Below are positions 27,374 through 40,527 of a DNA stretch of 64,000 nt, in pieces (position 1 is the stretch's first letter; the number at the start of each line of letters is the position of its first letter). This DNA comes from Lepidodermella squamata (Eukaryota > Animalia > Gastrotricha). Position numbers and translations under genes: made by a program. A model generated the notes under the pieces. It was given only the letters and a program-made list of their open reading frames with translations, had not been told where the DNA came from and did not search any database. The stretch is from assembly GCA_047495785.1 (NCBI GenBank), contig JBLDXI010000003.1:4154001-4218000 (forward strand), in the 5' to 3' direction.

Positions 27374-30300
27374 CGCCTCAATTAATCTAACATCGGCCCG
27401 GTGGAAGTTCGCCTAATCTGTTGAACTTATAAAAGAGAAATTGAAGTCGAAATGCGGAGTTATTTTTTCATTTGCATTTTGCATTTTCAATTTTTTTCAT
27501 AAATCAAATTTCATCGGAGCCCAGCGGCACTTTTAAATTTCCACTTTTTCTTTCACTTTTTCTTTTTGTTTTCATCTGGGGGAAAATGCAGAAAAAGACG
27601 ATATAGCGCGTGCTGCTGGTCTCCAAAAGAGCGATTGTAAAATTCATTTTTTTTGAAGGAAATGACAATGCCAATGAAAAAGGTGTACCCTCTAAAAGGG
27701 CTTAACTTTAATTTTATAGAAGAGGAAAAAATCCAAGAAAAGTTGCACTTCCGGCTCCTGATATTCACAATTTTTGTTTCCTATCGCAGCAACAGATGAG
27801 GAAGAGCCATCGAAATTATACATTATATACTCAAGGATAATGTGCCGAACAATGCTTATATATAAAAATGATAACAAAAACAATAACTTCTGTGATAATT
27901 TTATTTGTTATTTATTTTTTTGTTGCGTCTTCAAATAAGTCATCAGACTAAAAACGTGTTGCTTGTTTTCTGTTTGCGACAAAAACGTGCGATGAGTTAA
28001 AAGCTCCTTGTTAAAATGACCGTCGTTGTTGTTTTTTTTTTCATTTATTGCTGTCATTAGCCATCAACGCCCTAGGTGAGAAGCAACCATCAGCCTCCAC
28101 ACCGGAGCCGCGCGGGCCCACGCCGCTATAAAAAAAAACAACACAAATTGCATCAATTTTGTTCACTTTAACACCACCACGTCTGCTGAGATGATTAGAT
28201 TACACGAGTGTGAAATACGAAAAACGTGATCACGTTTTTCTTCAAAGCCGCAAAGCTGTCGGATTAGATTTAATGTGGAGATGAGCGCTGGCCTAAAAAG
28301 CCGGGAAAGTTTGTTGTTATACCTTGGAGAATCGTCTCTGTATTTGCCGCTAATGGTCGAGAATTTTAGGCTGTTTTTTTTAATTTATTCACGCATTCCA
28401 GGACTTGAAAAAGAAAACTCAAATTATAGACAGTTCCGGTAATTTTCTGATTTTATTCCAGTCTGTTCATGAATAAAACTTTGTCATTTTAAACCTGAGA
28501 ATCGCGATTGTTTTACGACTATGCCTGGATCAAAAAGTTCAGGATATATCAAGTATCAGAGGCTGAAATAATAAACAGACGCTTTTTCCGCAAAAGCTCT
28601 TATATCATTTATGCGACTTCCAGTTGACGAAAAAAAATTAACGAAAGCTATTGGTTGATTATTATGCAAATAAAATTAATTCTATTACTTGATGCGTTGC
28701 ATTTATTTTTGGAAACTACAGGAAATTGAGGAAGCTAATAGTCTGCTTTCCACAGGAAATTTCCTGTCGTAGGCTGGGAAAGGTCATCAAACAAGCTACG
28801 CGCTTCAGTTTTCGATTAACACAACATATTCTTGAACACAGTGTTCTGCACCACTGTAACTGATTTTTTTCGACTCTTAAAATCATAATTTATTCGTTCT
28901 GATTACTCGGCATGGCTGATAGAGACCACCCAAGTGAGATCAGGAGTAAAATTCGCGTTGGCTGTAGGATTATACAGGTATGCATGAGGATTACTTATTG
29001 ACGCTAATATTACAAAAGCTGAAATCGCAATGCCCCTGTCTGCAGGTGAATCGAGGCGCGAGACTTTTCAGGGCGTAAAATATTTTCGCTGCACAAAAAA
29101 TCGATTGTCGCCGCTATTTCAAATAAAAAAGTACTAATGCAACTTGAGCCAAGCAGCCTCATCAACGAGACATCATATTATTGTCTCTTGAAATGAACTA
29201 TTAACTTTTTTCTGCTATGCTACAATAATACCTGAATTCCTATACGTATATACCGCCGCTGGCGCGCAATATCAAGTCTAGTCCCATGTTTTCATCGGAA
29301 AAATGAATTTTCATACGATCAATATATTTTCAAGCAAGGCGACTCAATGAGCTCCTGAGATTTTTAAACACTTAGGAATGGAAAAATCAGTTTAAACATT
29401 TCAAACCAGATTCCCCTAATCACGACCAGCTTATTTTTAGGGCGGAAGCCTGTGCGAGGCAAATATTCTGTATTTAAGCATTTCCTCATTTATATGTTAT
29501 TAAGTTCATTCAATCTCTTTTAGGATTTCATCTGGCTTCAGGTCTCCACATCAGGAATAAATGTCGCCATCATTTTATAGGCTGGATTTTGAAATTTTCG
29601 AAGCAAGTTAGCCGCCGTATATAAGTCATATTGCGTCCCTGAAATTACATTGGTGGGTGTCAAATGCAAATGGGCTGCGTAATTCGATTGGTTTTTTCGT
29701 ATAATTGGGTGATGGCCGTGCTGTATATGCGAAGATAGAAGATAGAAACTTCGCTCGCGCTCGCGAAAAATAATGATATATGCGTATCGAGTTTCATGAC
29801 TCGCGATGACTCCGTTTTTTGTTGTCTGCATTTTTTTGCCTCGCTTCATCGCCGCCTTGTAATAACTTTGGCCCTTTATACTGCAATTTTCTGCGATAAA
29901 TAACGACCGTAAATCGAACTTGGTATGTTGTATTAGATACCAAACCGGTGTTTTACTTGTTATTTTTTGTGGGAGCATCATGGATGTATGTGCGCGGTGA
30001 ATAGCTTTTACCGAGGCGAGCCGGGTGAAAAAAATGCGCGCGCGCGATTGCGTAATGATGATAATGTTTTCAGTAATATACTGACTCCTACGCGAGGCGC
30101 TGCCTGCCAAATTTGCGTGTGCTAGGCCAGCCGACCACTCACGCTGCATCTAACACCAATAACGTGTACCGGAAGATGCCGTTCGATCGCAGCCATCGGC
30201 GTGTTGTTTCATCGAAGCGATCGCTTGCTCGCTTAGCTAAGTGGCTGGGCGCGTTGTTTTACAGACACAGGCTCGGCAGCAAAAACAGATAAATATTTCA

Positions 30301-31290
30301 CTTCGGCTACGATAACACCGGCTCGGAAAGTGAGCGAATCACCTACATATTACATACGCTGATGCGTATTCGCCGCGTATAGCAAAAGCAGGCAGAAAAA
30401 AATAAGCACACGCTGCGCATTTTTTGCGCGGTAACATCCGCGCTTTTAAAGGTGGACGAGATAAAAAACACACATCTAATGGCTTTATGCAATTTTTTCC
30501 CATCATCATCGAGCGCGTTGCTTTCAGTCGTACGCTGATGTTAGTATTAATCTACTAAACTAACATCTAGCGTTTAGATAACGCGATATCTCGTTAGTCG
30601 CTTCTAAACACACAGATGTTTTTTGTGTTTCCGACGTTGAACGCGCCAAAAAATGTTTTTCGCGCCCCGCTGCGTCGGCACAACTTGGGGTTGCCACCTG
30701 ATATAACCGGCGCCAACAATTTAACGCTACAGTGACGCTTTTAGAGGCGCCGATTTGACGGCTAACACATGGCGTTTTGTGTTTGTTTATAGATGAACAG
30801 CGCCAAAACACGCGCACTGGCCACATAAACAATCATGATATAACTCCATTTTTTTTATAATAAATACACCCCTGAAAATAGCTTTTTATCTGGGTAAACT
30901 CTATTTCGTAGATTTGCGATTGCTTTAACCGCGACAAATGTGGTCATCCGAAAAACCGATGTGAATTAGGCACGGCTATTATTATGTTATGGTTAATTGC
31001 AAAATTTTTTTTATATTTTTGATGCGATGTGTATTTTATCGATCACTAATGGGCTATCTTGTCGATAATTGCCGCTATTCAGTTTAATCGCGGCTGATGA
31101 TTGATCAAATGGGCCAATGCGCATGAGTAATCATCATCCTTTGATTAGATTTAATGAATGAAGCTATATTTAGACATGGCTGAGTGCTTAATTAATAAAC
31201 CCATTTTGTATTATATCGAAGAATTCAACTATACCTAAAATCAATCTTTCCATAGGTATTTTAGCGTTAGAATTATGGATTCAATCTGAG

Positions 31291-33836
31291 ATGTCGGCGA
31301 CAGTGAAAAAGGCGTCTGGACGCCCGTACACTACGACATTGGGCATACTGTTGGGTTCAGCTCAAACATCAACGCTCGGGCCATGGCTGGCCGGCTCGTC
31401 GCAATCACGCCAATCCTCATCGTCTTCAACTGTGATTACCAAGCTTGTCGGTAAACTGTCGAGTTTGCCCGTCGTAGCCGCAGCTTCCTCTACTGATGCT
31501 TCGTTAGCTCTGCTACGGCTCGACACTGGCTTCACGTCGAACGGCAGCGTGCAACAGGTGTCGGCGAATCGAACAACTTCGCTAACTACTATCGACGAAG
31601 CAGCTCCGCCGATGACTTTTGTTCAATTTCTTCAATCGACATCGCCGCCGTTGATACCTGTTGTCGGCATGAGCCTCATATTTATCATGATATTTGTAGT
31701 CACCCTGTCTTTACTGCCGCATTTTCGCAAGGCCCAGGAGAGGACCAAATACTACATGCGGACAACCGGCGAGATGGCCGAGTCAACGTCGTCGGACAGC
31801 GTCGTTCTACGTTCAGCCACATTCGAGTATTTTTATAACCAGGTATGTTGGACTAATCATGCTGAGCTAAACAAATTGCTAACATTTTTCATTTGTTATT
31901 TTAAGATGGGAATGCGAGTCGGTTGTGTTAGCGACTTCAAGCGAACTTCTTCCACTAGTAGCACTACGCAGCCTTTCCAAGACTTGGTAAATTTTTTATC
32001 CACTGTTTGAAAACATTTCAGGACGAAAATATGCAATGAATTTGGGGAAAAATCATCTGTCAGCCTTCTACGAGCCATATGACAAACCGCTTTTTGAAGT
32101 TTCCTTTTCCCAGCTGATTTCAGCTTTATGCCCAGCAAAAATGTGAGGGATCTCCCAACCTCAAATTTCCAACGTGCAAGAAATGAAGTTCAAATTGAAC
32201 TCTAATTTCCGAAACTTGCTTGACCTAGTTTTTCTATTACCCAAATGAAATTGAGCGGTAGCGTCCCATGGGCAATAATATCCGGTTTCAATCGCGTCAA
32301 ATGTATAGCGTGTCTCATAAGTAACACAAGCAAACAAAATACACGGAAAAATAATTAGAAATTCTCAAATGAGAGGAAAAGTGGCCAGAATTATTTTTAG
32401 AAAAATTCAAAACATCACGAGAATATTTATCAACTGTGTCTCTTGCTGATGGGATTGAAAAAGTCTGGAGAAATTTGGTCCAACCGGTAAAATACCGAAA
32501 ATTACCGAACCTACCATCGGGATTTTTCGTGTTTTCTCTTCGGTAAATTTTTTATTTCATCGGTTAAATCGCAGGTAAAAGATGGAATATTCTCTCGATA
32601 GGTTTAATTATTTAATAAAATTGAACAAATTTCCTGCAAAGAGTTGCGAAATTAAAAAATAGTTAAAAAATAGTTATGGAAACGGTTAGTAAGTGCTCAA
32701 ACAGTGTTTAAGGGGCTACCTACTAAACATTCATTTCTGGGCTTATGATAGATTTAAATTAAATAGATGCTTAGGGGAATTGGAATTTGGAATTATACTT
32801 GAAATTGCTGGTAATTCAAATTTAGAGATGAATGCTGAGATTTTGGGACTATTTACATACAACTTGAAGCTTTCTTTTGGGATTTTAGCAAATAATTTTT
32901 CCAAAAGACCCAAGCGAGTGAAAGGGGAAATCTTAAACTTATTCTCGCAGGTTTTAAAGTTTTTTCGGGAATTTTATGTTCCAACTTGTTACTTTGCTTC
33001 AGTTTTTGAAAAAATACGATACCATTCAAGGAAAAGTAGAAATGTTGGCAACTTATGGATACACTAATGTATGTAGAACCCGGCGTTGAGGTTCACGCTC
33101 CGAAGTTCCCAAGTCAATATGGAAAACTAATTGTCTGTTTTTTTCGCATTAGCACCTGCTGATGCCACCAGTTCCGACTTCAGATTACAATGGCGATGGC
33201 AGTTCGAGCAGGGGCAGTTTCGACAACGGCACCAGCAATAACCGATATTCCACAACACTGGCGTCTTCATTTTTAACAGCAACAAGCCCAGGGTCGCCCG
33301 ACCTGCACTCTCAGTCTCACTTCCTGCTAGCCACCCGGCCAGCTCGGTCTGAACTGATCAGCTTCGACGCTTCGCCTGGCGAGCAAGACGAAAGCGACGA
33401 GACTAACTTCGACACCCTGTCGCCTAGCTCGCACCTGGCCAGGGCGGAGTCAACCTCGTCGATCTCGCTGACTTCAGCGGTGAATCTACCTCTTCCGCCG
33501 AACAACTCCAGCCAGACAAACCTTCAGAGGCAACAGCAACAACAACAACAGCAGCAGCAACAACAGCAGCAACAACAGCAACAGCAACAACAACAACAAC
33601 AAAGACAGCACCAGCAAGCGCATCGATCTTCGCTGCACCCGCATAGCGTGATCAACGCGACGCCGATGGGTGTCATGGGCAGTTCGCGGGGCGCCGCAGG
33701 TCGGGGCGCGGGCGGGCGGCGGAGCAGCATGGCGCCGCCTCGGCAGCAGCAACAGCGCAACAAAAACGGGCGTTCCGGTGAGAGTTCCGACAACAGCGCC
33801 AGCTTCAAACGCATGGGCATTTTCGGACGCCACTGA
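31291..33836 (+). CDS. Single-pass membrane protein of unknown family with Ser-rich regions and a polyQ tract; exons about 31291-31842, 31906-31986, 33153-33836
   Basis: TM segment LIPVVGMSLIFIMIFVVTLSLL followed by basic residues; phase-0 GT-AG introns link the ORFs. Confidence 0.65.
33531..33602 (+). repeat. Mixed CAA/CAG tract encoding 24 Gln
   Basis: 72 nt of CAR codons, in frame. Confidence 0.95.
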
Positions 33837-34408
33837 AATCATTCTCGATCCATTATACTGTTATATCGTCATTTTAGTTTTATTTATATTATTATAATTT
33901 CTACGCCGCGCAAGCGATGTCTTGTGTTTTTTCAGCATTCATCGTATCAGTATTTGCGCAGACTGAAAAACTCACCCTGTCATCCAAGTTGAAAAATAAA
34001 CGACGCGAAACATTTTCATTATTTCAAACTTTTTCAGTTTGGTTTTTATTTAGGTACGATTAGCGAGGTTCGAGGCAGTGCGAAGTTATAATCCTGTTAT
34101 AATTTAATAAGCTGATAATTCGTTAGTGCTGTTTATATCGTCGGTTGTGCCTCATAACTGGAATCAACAGGTAGCTATCATCATCAACTGAAGTAGTAGT
34201 GACGCACTTCTGACGATTTGAACCCTTGTAGTGTTGCCTAGTTTCGAATCCAGGCTATATCGGCTTCGAGATCCGGCCTCTGTGATCTACTGTGCACTAC
34301 AACTGCAAATTAATTTTCGATGCGCCAAATTTTGGTAATAATCTAAAATCACCGAAAAATAAAACCAACAAGTAAACCGGCGTTGATCATGTCTGACCGT
34401 TTCGGCGG

Positions 34409-34553
34409 GAAAGCCAAAAATAACTGCCACTGTAAAATTCGTATTTAGCCTTAAAACCAACAAAAACCAACCTTTTACCGAAAGCCAAAAATAACTGCCA
34501 CTGTAAAATTCGTATTTAGCCTTAAAACCAACAAAAACCAACCTTTTACCGAA
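34409..34553. repeat. Exact tandem duplication of a 71-bp unit
   Basis: gaaagccaaaaataactgcc..ccttttacc starts at 34409 and again at 34480. Confidence 0.92.
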
Positions 34554-35022
34554 AAATTATCTCGTCTGCAACGGGTGAAAGGGAGAAATCTGGAGCTATA
34601 CTAAAGATGAGACATCGCAAATAACCTTTGCCAACTTCCAACTACAGTTGTAAATATATAGTTTATAATTTTAAATAACAAAACCCGATCTTGTTAGTGA
34701 AAATAATCGCTAAAAAATTAAAATATGTTGGTTAAAGATCATCAATAACACCTTTAGAAACTGAAAATGCAGGTAAAAATAGCGGAATCGAATACAAAGT
34801 TAGTTGTGAAGCGCTGTTGGCGATATGGGGACATAATAATTGCAGCAGATTACTTATCCAGCGATGGAAAAAATGCTCTGATAATCAGCTAAATGTGTCC
34901 TGATATAATCGTATAAACTCAAACTCACCTGTGTGTGGGGACAATAGAACGGCCTTGACTTATTTCCAAGTTTTCCTGGAAAATTGAACATTTAACAGAT
35001 CCTATTGCTATTAAACCTCGCC

Positions 35023-38000
35023 ATGTCGCAGTTTCGGACCATTTCGAGCTGGTTTGCCATTAAATGGGCGCATTTTCTTCGGACAAAGGCTGTTACCGAG
35101 CCAGAAGCTCAAAGTGGACGTGTGCCTCAGCCATAGATATAATTCAGTAGAGATCGCTCACTCGCGTGAAAAAGGGTGTACGCCGTGGGCGCCAGATGGT
35201 CAGCTGATTCATCAGAGGCTTGGAGGCCAAGTAAACAAAATATTCGATTCGTTTTTTGTTGGTTCCGATCGAAGTTTAAACATTTCTCAATTTTTGTTGA
35301 TGGTTCCAGATAGGTGACATTACAAGGAACATGCTGGTTATTTTTCCAAAACTTTAGGAGCAATATGCACCACTGAAATTGAAGAAATTGAATTTCGCTG
35401 ATGCAATAAAAATATTTACCCTCTAATTGAATCGAAATTGAAGCAGTTTTTCAGTGGTCCGTGTAGCCCAGATCGAGCTCTACAATTTGCTACTTGGAGC
35501 GGACTTGGATGAATTTTTATCGATTTTCTGGACATTTTCGAAAATCGAACGAAAATCGAAATCCATAATAAAAACCTGGACTTGGTGGAGGATTCAATAC
35601 AGAACCTTTGTTGACAGCACGTGCGCCACATGCACATGTTATGGTTGGAAAGAGTCCAAACCTTAATCACGAAAGGACGGTGATGTAAATTATGCTCTCG
35701 ATTCCTATAATAAATTGCAGAAAATCAATAAAAATTCATCCAAGTCCGCTCCAAGTAGCAAATTGTAGAGCTCGATCTGGGCTACACGGACCACTGAAAA
35801 ACTGCTTCAATTTCAATTCAAGTAGAGGTGTAAATTCATTTTATTTCCAATCGCAAAATCATTTTTCTTTGATTTTGGTGGTCCATTTTGAGTTAAAAAT
35901 CATGAAAAAATAACCAGCATGTTCCTTGTAATGTCACCTATCTGGAACCATCAACAAAAATTGAGAAATTTTTAAACTTCGATCGGAACCAACAAAAAAC
36001 GAATCGAATATTTTGTTTACTTGGCCTCCAAGCCTCTGATGAATCAGCTGACCATCTGGCGCCCACGGCGTACACCCTTTTTCACGCGAGTGAGCGATCT
36101 CTACTGAATTATATCTATGGCCTCAGCTAATAGGGGTACGACGCTTCGTTTTTCTCGAAAAAGAGCCATAATTCCTGAAAATAATATCAGGTTGTTTCTC
36201 TTACGTTGGTTGCAATCGCTGCCATTGGCGTCCAGGTTTTGACAGATACCCAGCTGAGCTATGATCGCGATTTTTACAGCATTGAACGAAACGTTATTCA
36301 AAGACCTAACAGCTATAATACCCTGAAAAATTGAACCTTTTTGCAGGCTGATTATCGACTCGTCACTCAAGTTTTCGCGATCGCAGGTAATCTTTCCCCA
36401 ACTTCGAAAACATGTTTATTAACCTTGATATTTTTAAAAAACAGAGCTTCTTGGAAATGAGCTGGATGTTTATTACAGGTACACTGTTATTGGAGTAAAA
36501 TTTGGCTGGCATGTTCGCTTTTTCTTGAAATCTTTAGGTATAGCAACGCCCCATACGACACATTTATGTTAAATGCGGAGAAAACGATGAGGCAGCTAGA
36601 TGTGGTATTCAAATTTTATCAACTAAAAATGACTGAATTTTATCTAGAATTTTAGCAACTCCTCGATGTGACTGATTGGTTGAGCGAGTTTCAGCTGGGG
36701 GACATACCCCTTGCTCTGAGGCCCAATATTTCCTCGCCTTTGGCTCTACGCTACGCGCTTCGCTGGTTTCGAGATCGCAGACGAGCAGCTGTCAATGGTA
36801 CACCAGAAGCAGAGGTGCTTTTCTTCTTCAACAACCTTATTGACCAGCTTGCATTTGCTTGCCGAGGAATAGTTCAAAACTCGCCAAGGTGAACATTTCC
36901 GCTTGACTTAGCTCTTATCTACATTATTTTGCAATTTTCCCAAGATTTGACGGTTACCAGAGTTTTCTCTCGATCATTCCATCTTTCCTTACGGTAAAAA
37001 GCGCATCTCTTGAAGTGTTTCCAATTTTTTAATTCTGTTTTCAATTCAGTGGTTAAATTACAAGCGATTTTCCATGGTCGGAAGGAAGATGCTCGAAGAA
37101 AGTTTGATATAACACATGCTAATTTGATGGAGAATCTTTAAACAATCCTATTTATCTCAGATCGAACCCTGAGCATCAGAGACCCAGTTTACAGAATACT
37201 TGTTCAATACCATACACGATACGTAAATTTTCTGTCAGTCGCTTCAACCATGTCAAGCTTCACTCGTGGGTTGGCGAGCAATTTGACTAATCAGGATAGC
37301 GCAAAGGAAGTAGACACCATATTCAATGGGGTCAGTTTAGATTCCAAAAAAGTGGCCGTTGTGCCTGTCACGTGGTATTTATCATTTTACAGGTCATGTC
37401 GTTCGATCTCTCATTCACAACGGCTAGCCAATTCACTGATACCATCAATAAACACGAGAGAAACATCTTGTGGCTGTTGACGTCGCTTCGCAACGAAATC
37501 CGCCAGTCAATCGAAAATCAACACGATTGGCCGACGAGAGATATTGTTTGTGAGTTTTTTGTTATCATGGTTAAAATCGAATTACTATGGCAATATATTT
37601 AGCTGTCGCGCTCATGGCATCGGCCTTTGTCATAGTTACGATCGGTTTATTTATACACATAAAATCAGCTACGTCAATTCAGCGTGAAATCATCAGGCAT
37701 CACAAAGCTAACGAAGAGCTGGTCAAGGTAAGTGAGATTTTTTCCCAACTCATGGCACAGTAGGAACAATAAAATTCATTCCTAACAGGTTTTCAATAAC
37801 ATCTATGACTATGTTCCGAAGAACGTTATTTCTGAAGTCAAAACTGGTCATTCGAATCCAGCCTTCAAGTCGAACGGTAAAGAAATCCGAAAAAAGCAGC
37901 AATCGCTAATGAATTTTCTAAAGATGTATGCTTGGCAATATTCGACATCTGCAACTTGGACGGCCTCATGAGCAGTTTTGACGCTGATAATTTCTCAGCG

Positions 38001-39823
38001 ATGATTGGCGAAATTTTCGAAAAAATAGAGGAGCTTGCTGGTCGATTGAACTGCTGCAAGTTGGAGGTTACAGGTAAACATGTTTAACTTGAACATTCTG
38101 AACTGCATGTATTGCTGCCGTAGGAGGCTATTTTATCCTTATTTCTGGCATTTCCAACGACGTAGCTGACGACTTCATCGAGGATCATGTCAAGGAAATG
38201 GTTAGGAAATGCTTTGTCTCGCTCTGCCTGTTATTAAACATGTCTTCCGTGCCTCTCAAATCAACAATTGTTCAATATGCCGACGATACGACCATATATT
38301 ATTCTTCCAAAAATCCTGCCGAAGTCCAGAAAGTTCTACAACGCGACATTGACCGAGTCACTGACTGGCTGAGTTCAAATAGCCTTAAAGTTAATCCGAA
38401 AAAGTCACAATTAATGATCTTATCACTTAGCCACTCCGATTTCAAAATCAATATCACGATCGAAGGTAACGAGATCGAAGTAACCAAATCACTACGCCTC
38501 TTAGGATTCTCATTCGACAGCAAACTCCTCCACAACGAACAAATCGACGCTGCGTGTCGCAAAGCACGAAAGGGCCTCTTCGCCCTGCAACTCGCTGCGA
38601 AAAACGGGCTGAATCGCTTGTGCCTCACGGCGATGGCTAATGGCCTTGTCTTCTCTCACCTCCACTACTGCGACATATTGCTCGGCGAGGCCTGCAAAAC
38701 TTCACTCGAACGAATGCAGAAGCTACAAGACCGAGCTGTCAGAATCATCATGAATGCGTCCATCGACGCTCCCGTGGCGCCATTACGCAAAGAGCTCGGA
38801 TGGTTGGACTTGGACGGCAAACACGACGTACACCTGGCAACTTTAATGTTCAGGAGCATAATAGGTGAAGCCCCGGATGCTATCTGCAACTTGTTTACCA
38901 GGAAACAACCCGCTCGACAACTGCGCAACGCTCACCTCACCTTCGAGCTTCCTAAAGCTCGAATCGACTACGGCAAAGCTCGTCTCAGCTACCGAGGACC
39001 GGCTTTGTTCAACTCTCTGCCCATCTACTTTCACTGCACACAGCACAAACCTATTGGCATTCTCGAATACGACGGCACTTTGCCTGATTGTAAATGCGGC
39101 ATGAAAGCCTGCTCAACCGCCAACGATTGCCGTCAACTTGTATATAAACATCTTTTAAATTGTTGATTATTTTGTCTATTTGTTGATTTAATGTCCTATT
39201 TTGTTTTGACTGATGACCTGGCCTGAACTGACTTCGATTCTCTGCACGAAACATTTTAGAAATGCACCTTTTCCACGTCGAGCTCTCAACTATGGGATTA
39301 TGCTCAATAAATAAATAAAAAATAAAATAATTATAGCAATAATTCTGAAGGTTCACGTCGCGTTGGAGTTGACTGAAATTAGCTGTTTAAAAATTGATAA
39401 AGCTGATAGCGATGGTTTTGTGAAAGAGCCGCATTTCCGAATCGGAGTTCATGTGGGAAGCGCCAATGTTGCCGTGGTCAACCTGAAAATTCCCCGCCTC
39501 TTGGTTACGGGAGAAGCAATAACATCAGCAAACCTAGTTCATGCTTGCGGTCTGCGTAAGTGTTTCTTTCCAAATATTTCCAAATTATGCAACGAATGTA
39601 ACGTCGACTTTATATCTTAGCTCGTAAGGTGCTTGTTTCCGGCGCTGTTGAGAATCGTCTGTCCAGCACGACTGGGCTGGAATTCATAGCGCGTGATTTC
39701 GTGGAATCTTTAAAACTGTTTTGGGTTCAGGAGAGCGAAACGAATTTCGAAGATTCCAGCAGCGTTGCATCGAGCTTTAATTTCCGCCGCCGAGGATCAG
39801 AGGATTCCGTGTCATGTTATTAG
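35023..39823 (+). CDS. Membrane guanylyl-cyclase-like protein (TM, NIT-like ectodomain, TM, coiled coil, degenerate cyclase); exon 1 interrupted by a transposon
   Basis: YVPKNVISEVKTG..AIFDICN..KLEVTGGYFILISG..HVKEM|VHVALEL..FRIGVHVGSANVAVVNLKIPRLLVTGE; the many short introns give a continuous frame from 36127 to 39823. Confidence 0.78.
35132..36119. mobile_element. Non-autonomous foldback DNA transposon, P-superfamily-like
   Basis: 214-bp TIRs (35132-35345 / 35906-36119, one mismatch seen) starting CATAG; inner 97-bp inverted repeats (35434-35530 / 35718-35814); 8-bp TSD GCCTCAGC at 35124-35131 and 36120-36127. Confidence 0.9.
38240..39330 (+). mobile_element. 5'-truncated L2/CR1-group LINE (RT C-terminal half) in cyclase intron 38201-39350
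   Basis: QYADDTT, WLSSNSLKVNPKKSQ, LRLLG, HLHYC, LQDRAVRII, LGWL, SYRGPALFNSLP; (TAAA)n tail at 39306-39330. Confidence 0.92.
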
Positions 39824-40527
39824 GCGTTTAAAATATTATTTCAGGCTAGGTCTATTATTCTCTGTGTTTTATTGTCAATTGTCATTTGTCATCATTAAAT
39901 TTTTGGCCGAGATGTTGAATATAAATCTTATTCCCAAGCACGCTAAATAAACTCGGGACCAAGACTTATTAGCAATAGCCCCAAGTAACCACACCGTGTG
40001 TTTGTTTTCAGTTTATTGCAATTGAAATGAATTAGTACCTACACTTTAAAATAAATATTTAAAATCTTGTTTTTTGTCCATTTTTTAATCTTTCTGCACA
40101 TGTTTCCGTAGATACATAGCAGGGCGCTTTTCCTAATAAAATCATAACTCATGGTGCCATACTTCACTTATAGCCGTATGCCAAGCCTGATAGAAAGGCA
40201 AATTTTCACTTCCCAAGGTAGCAATTACATCAATCGCGAATATTAATGCTGTAAATTTTATACCATCGGAATCCCCATTCTTCAGGCTTTCTCTTGATGT
40301 TTATGGTCATAAAATATTCGGATTTGTTCAAGAGCGGCCAACGGTTAAAGAGAGCAAGGTGAGAGCAATTCTCGATTTGAGAGGGAAACGTGCGCGCTTA
40401 CGCCGAGGTCCGTTTTTCGAGTGTGCGCGCGACACATTTAAACCTAAGCCCTTCCTCGCTCTCAGCATCTCAGTTGTCTGCTTTTTTTACTAATCCATTT
40501 ATCTGTTCATCCCGTTTCACACTGAAA

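Noticed and set aside
29538-30149. 203-aa minus-strand ORF
   Set aside because: No recognisable motif, codon bias or splice context; probably a chance ORF in regulatory DNA
33486-33842. Poly-Leu and poly-Cys antisense ORFs
   Set aside because: Antisense readings of the CAA/CAG tract
34225-34260. tRNA T-loop-like gtttcgaatcc
   Set aside because: No cloverleaf or A-box context can be built
38198-39166. 322-aa ORF as a standalone RT gene
   Set aside because: Its ATG is the last codon of a cyclase exon and the RT is 5'-truncated just before YADD
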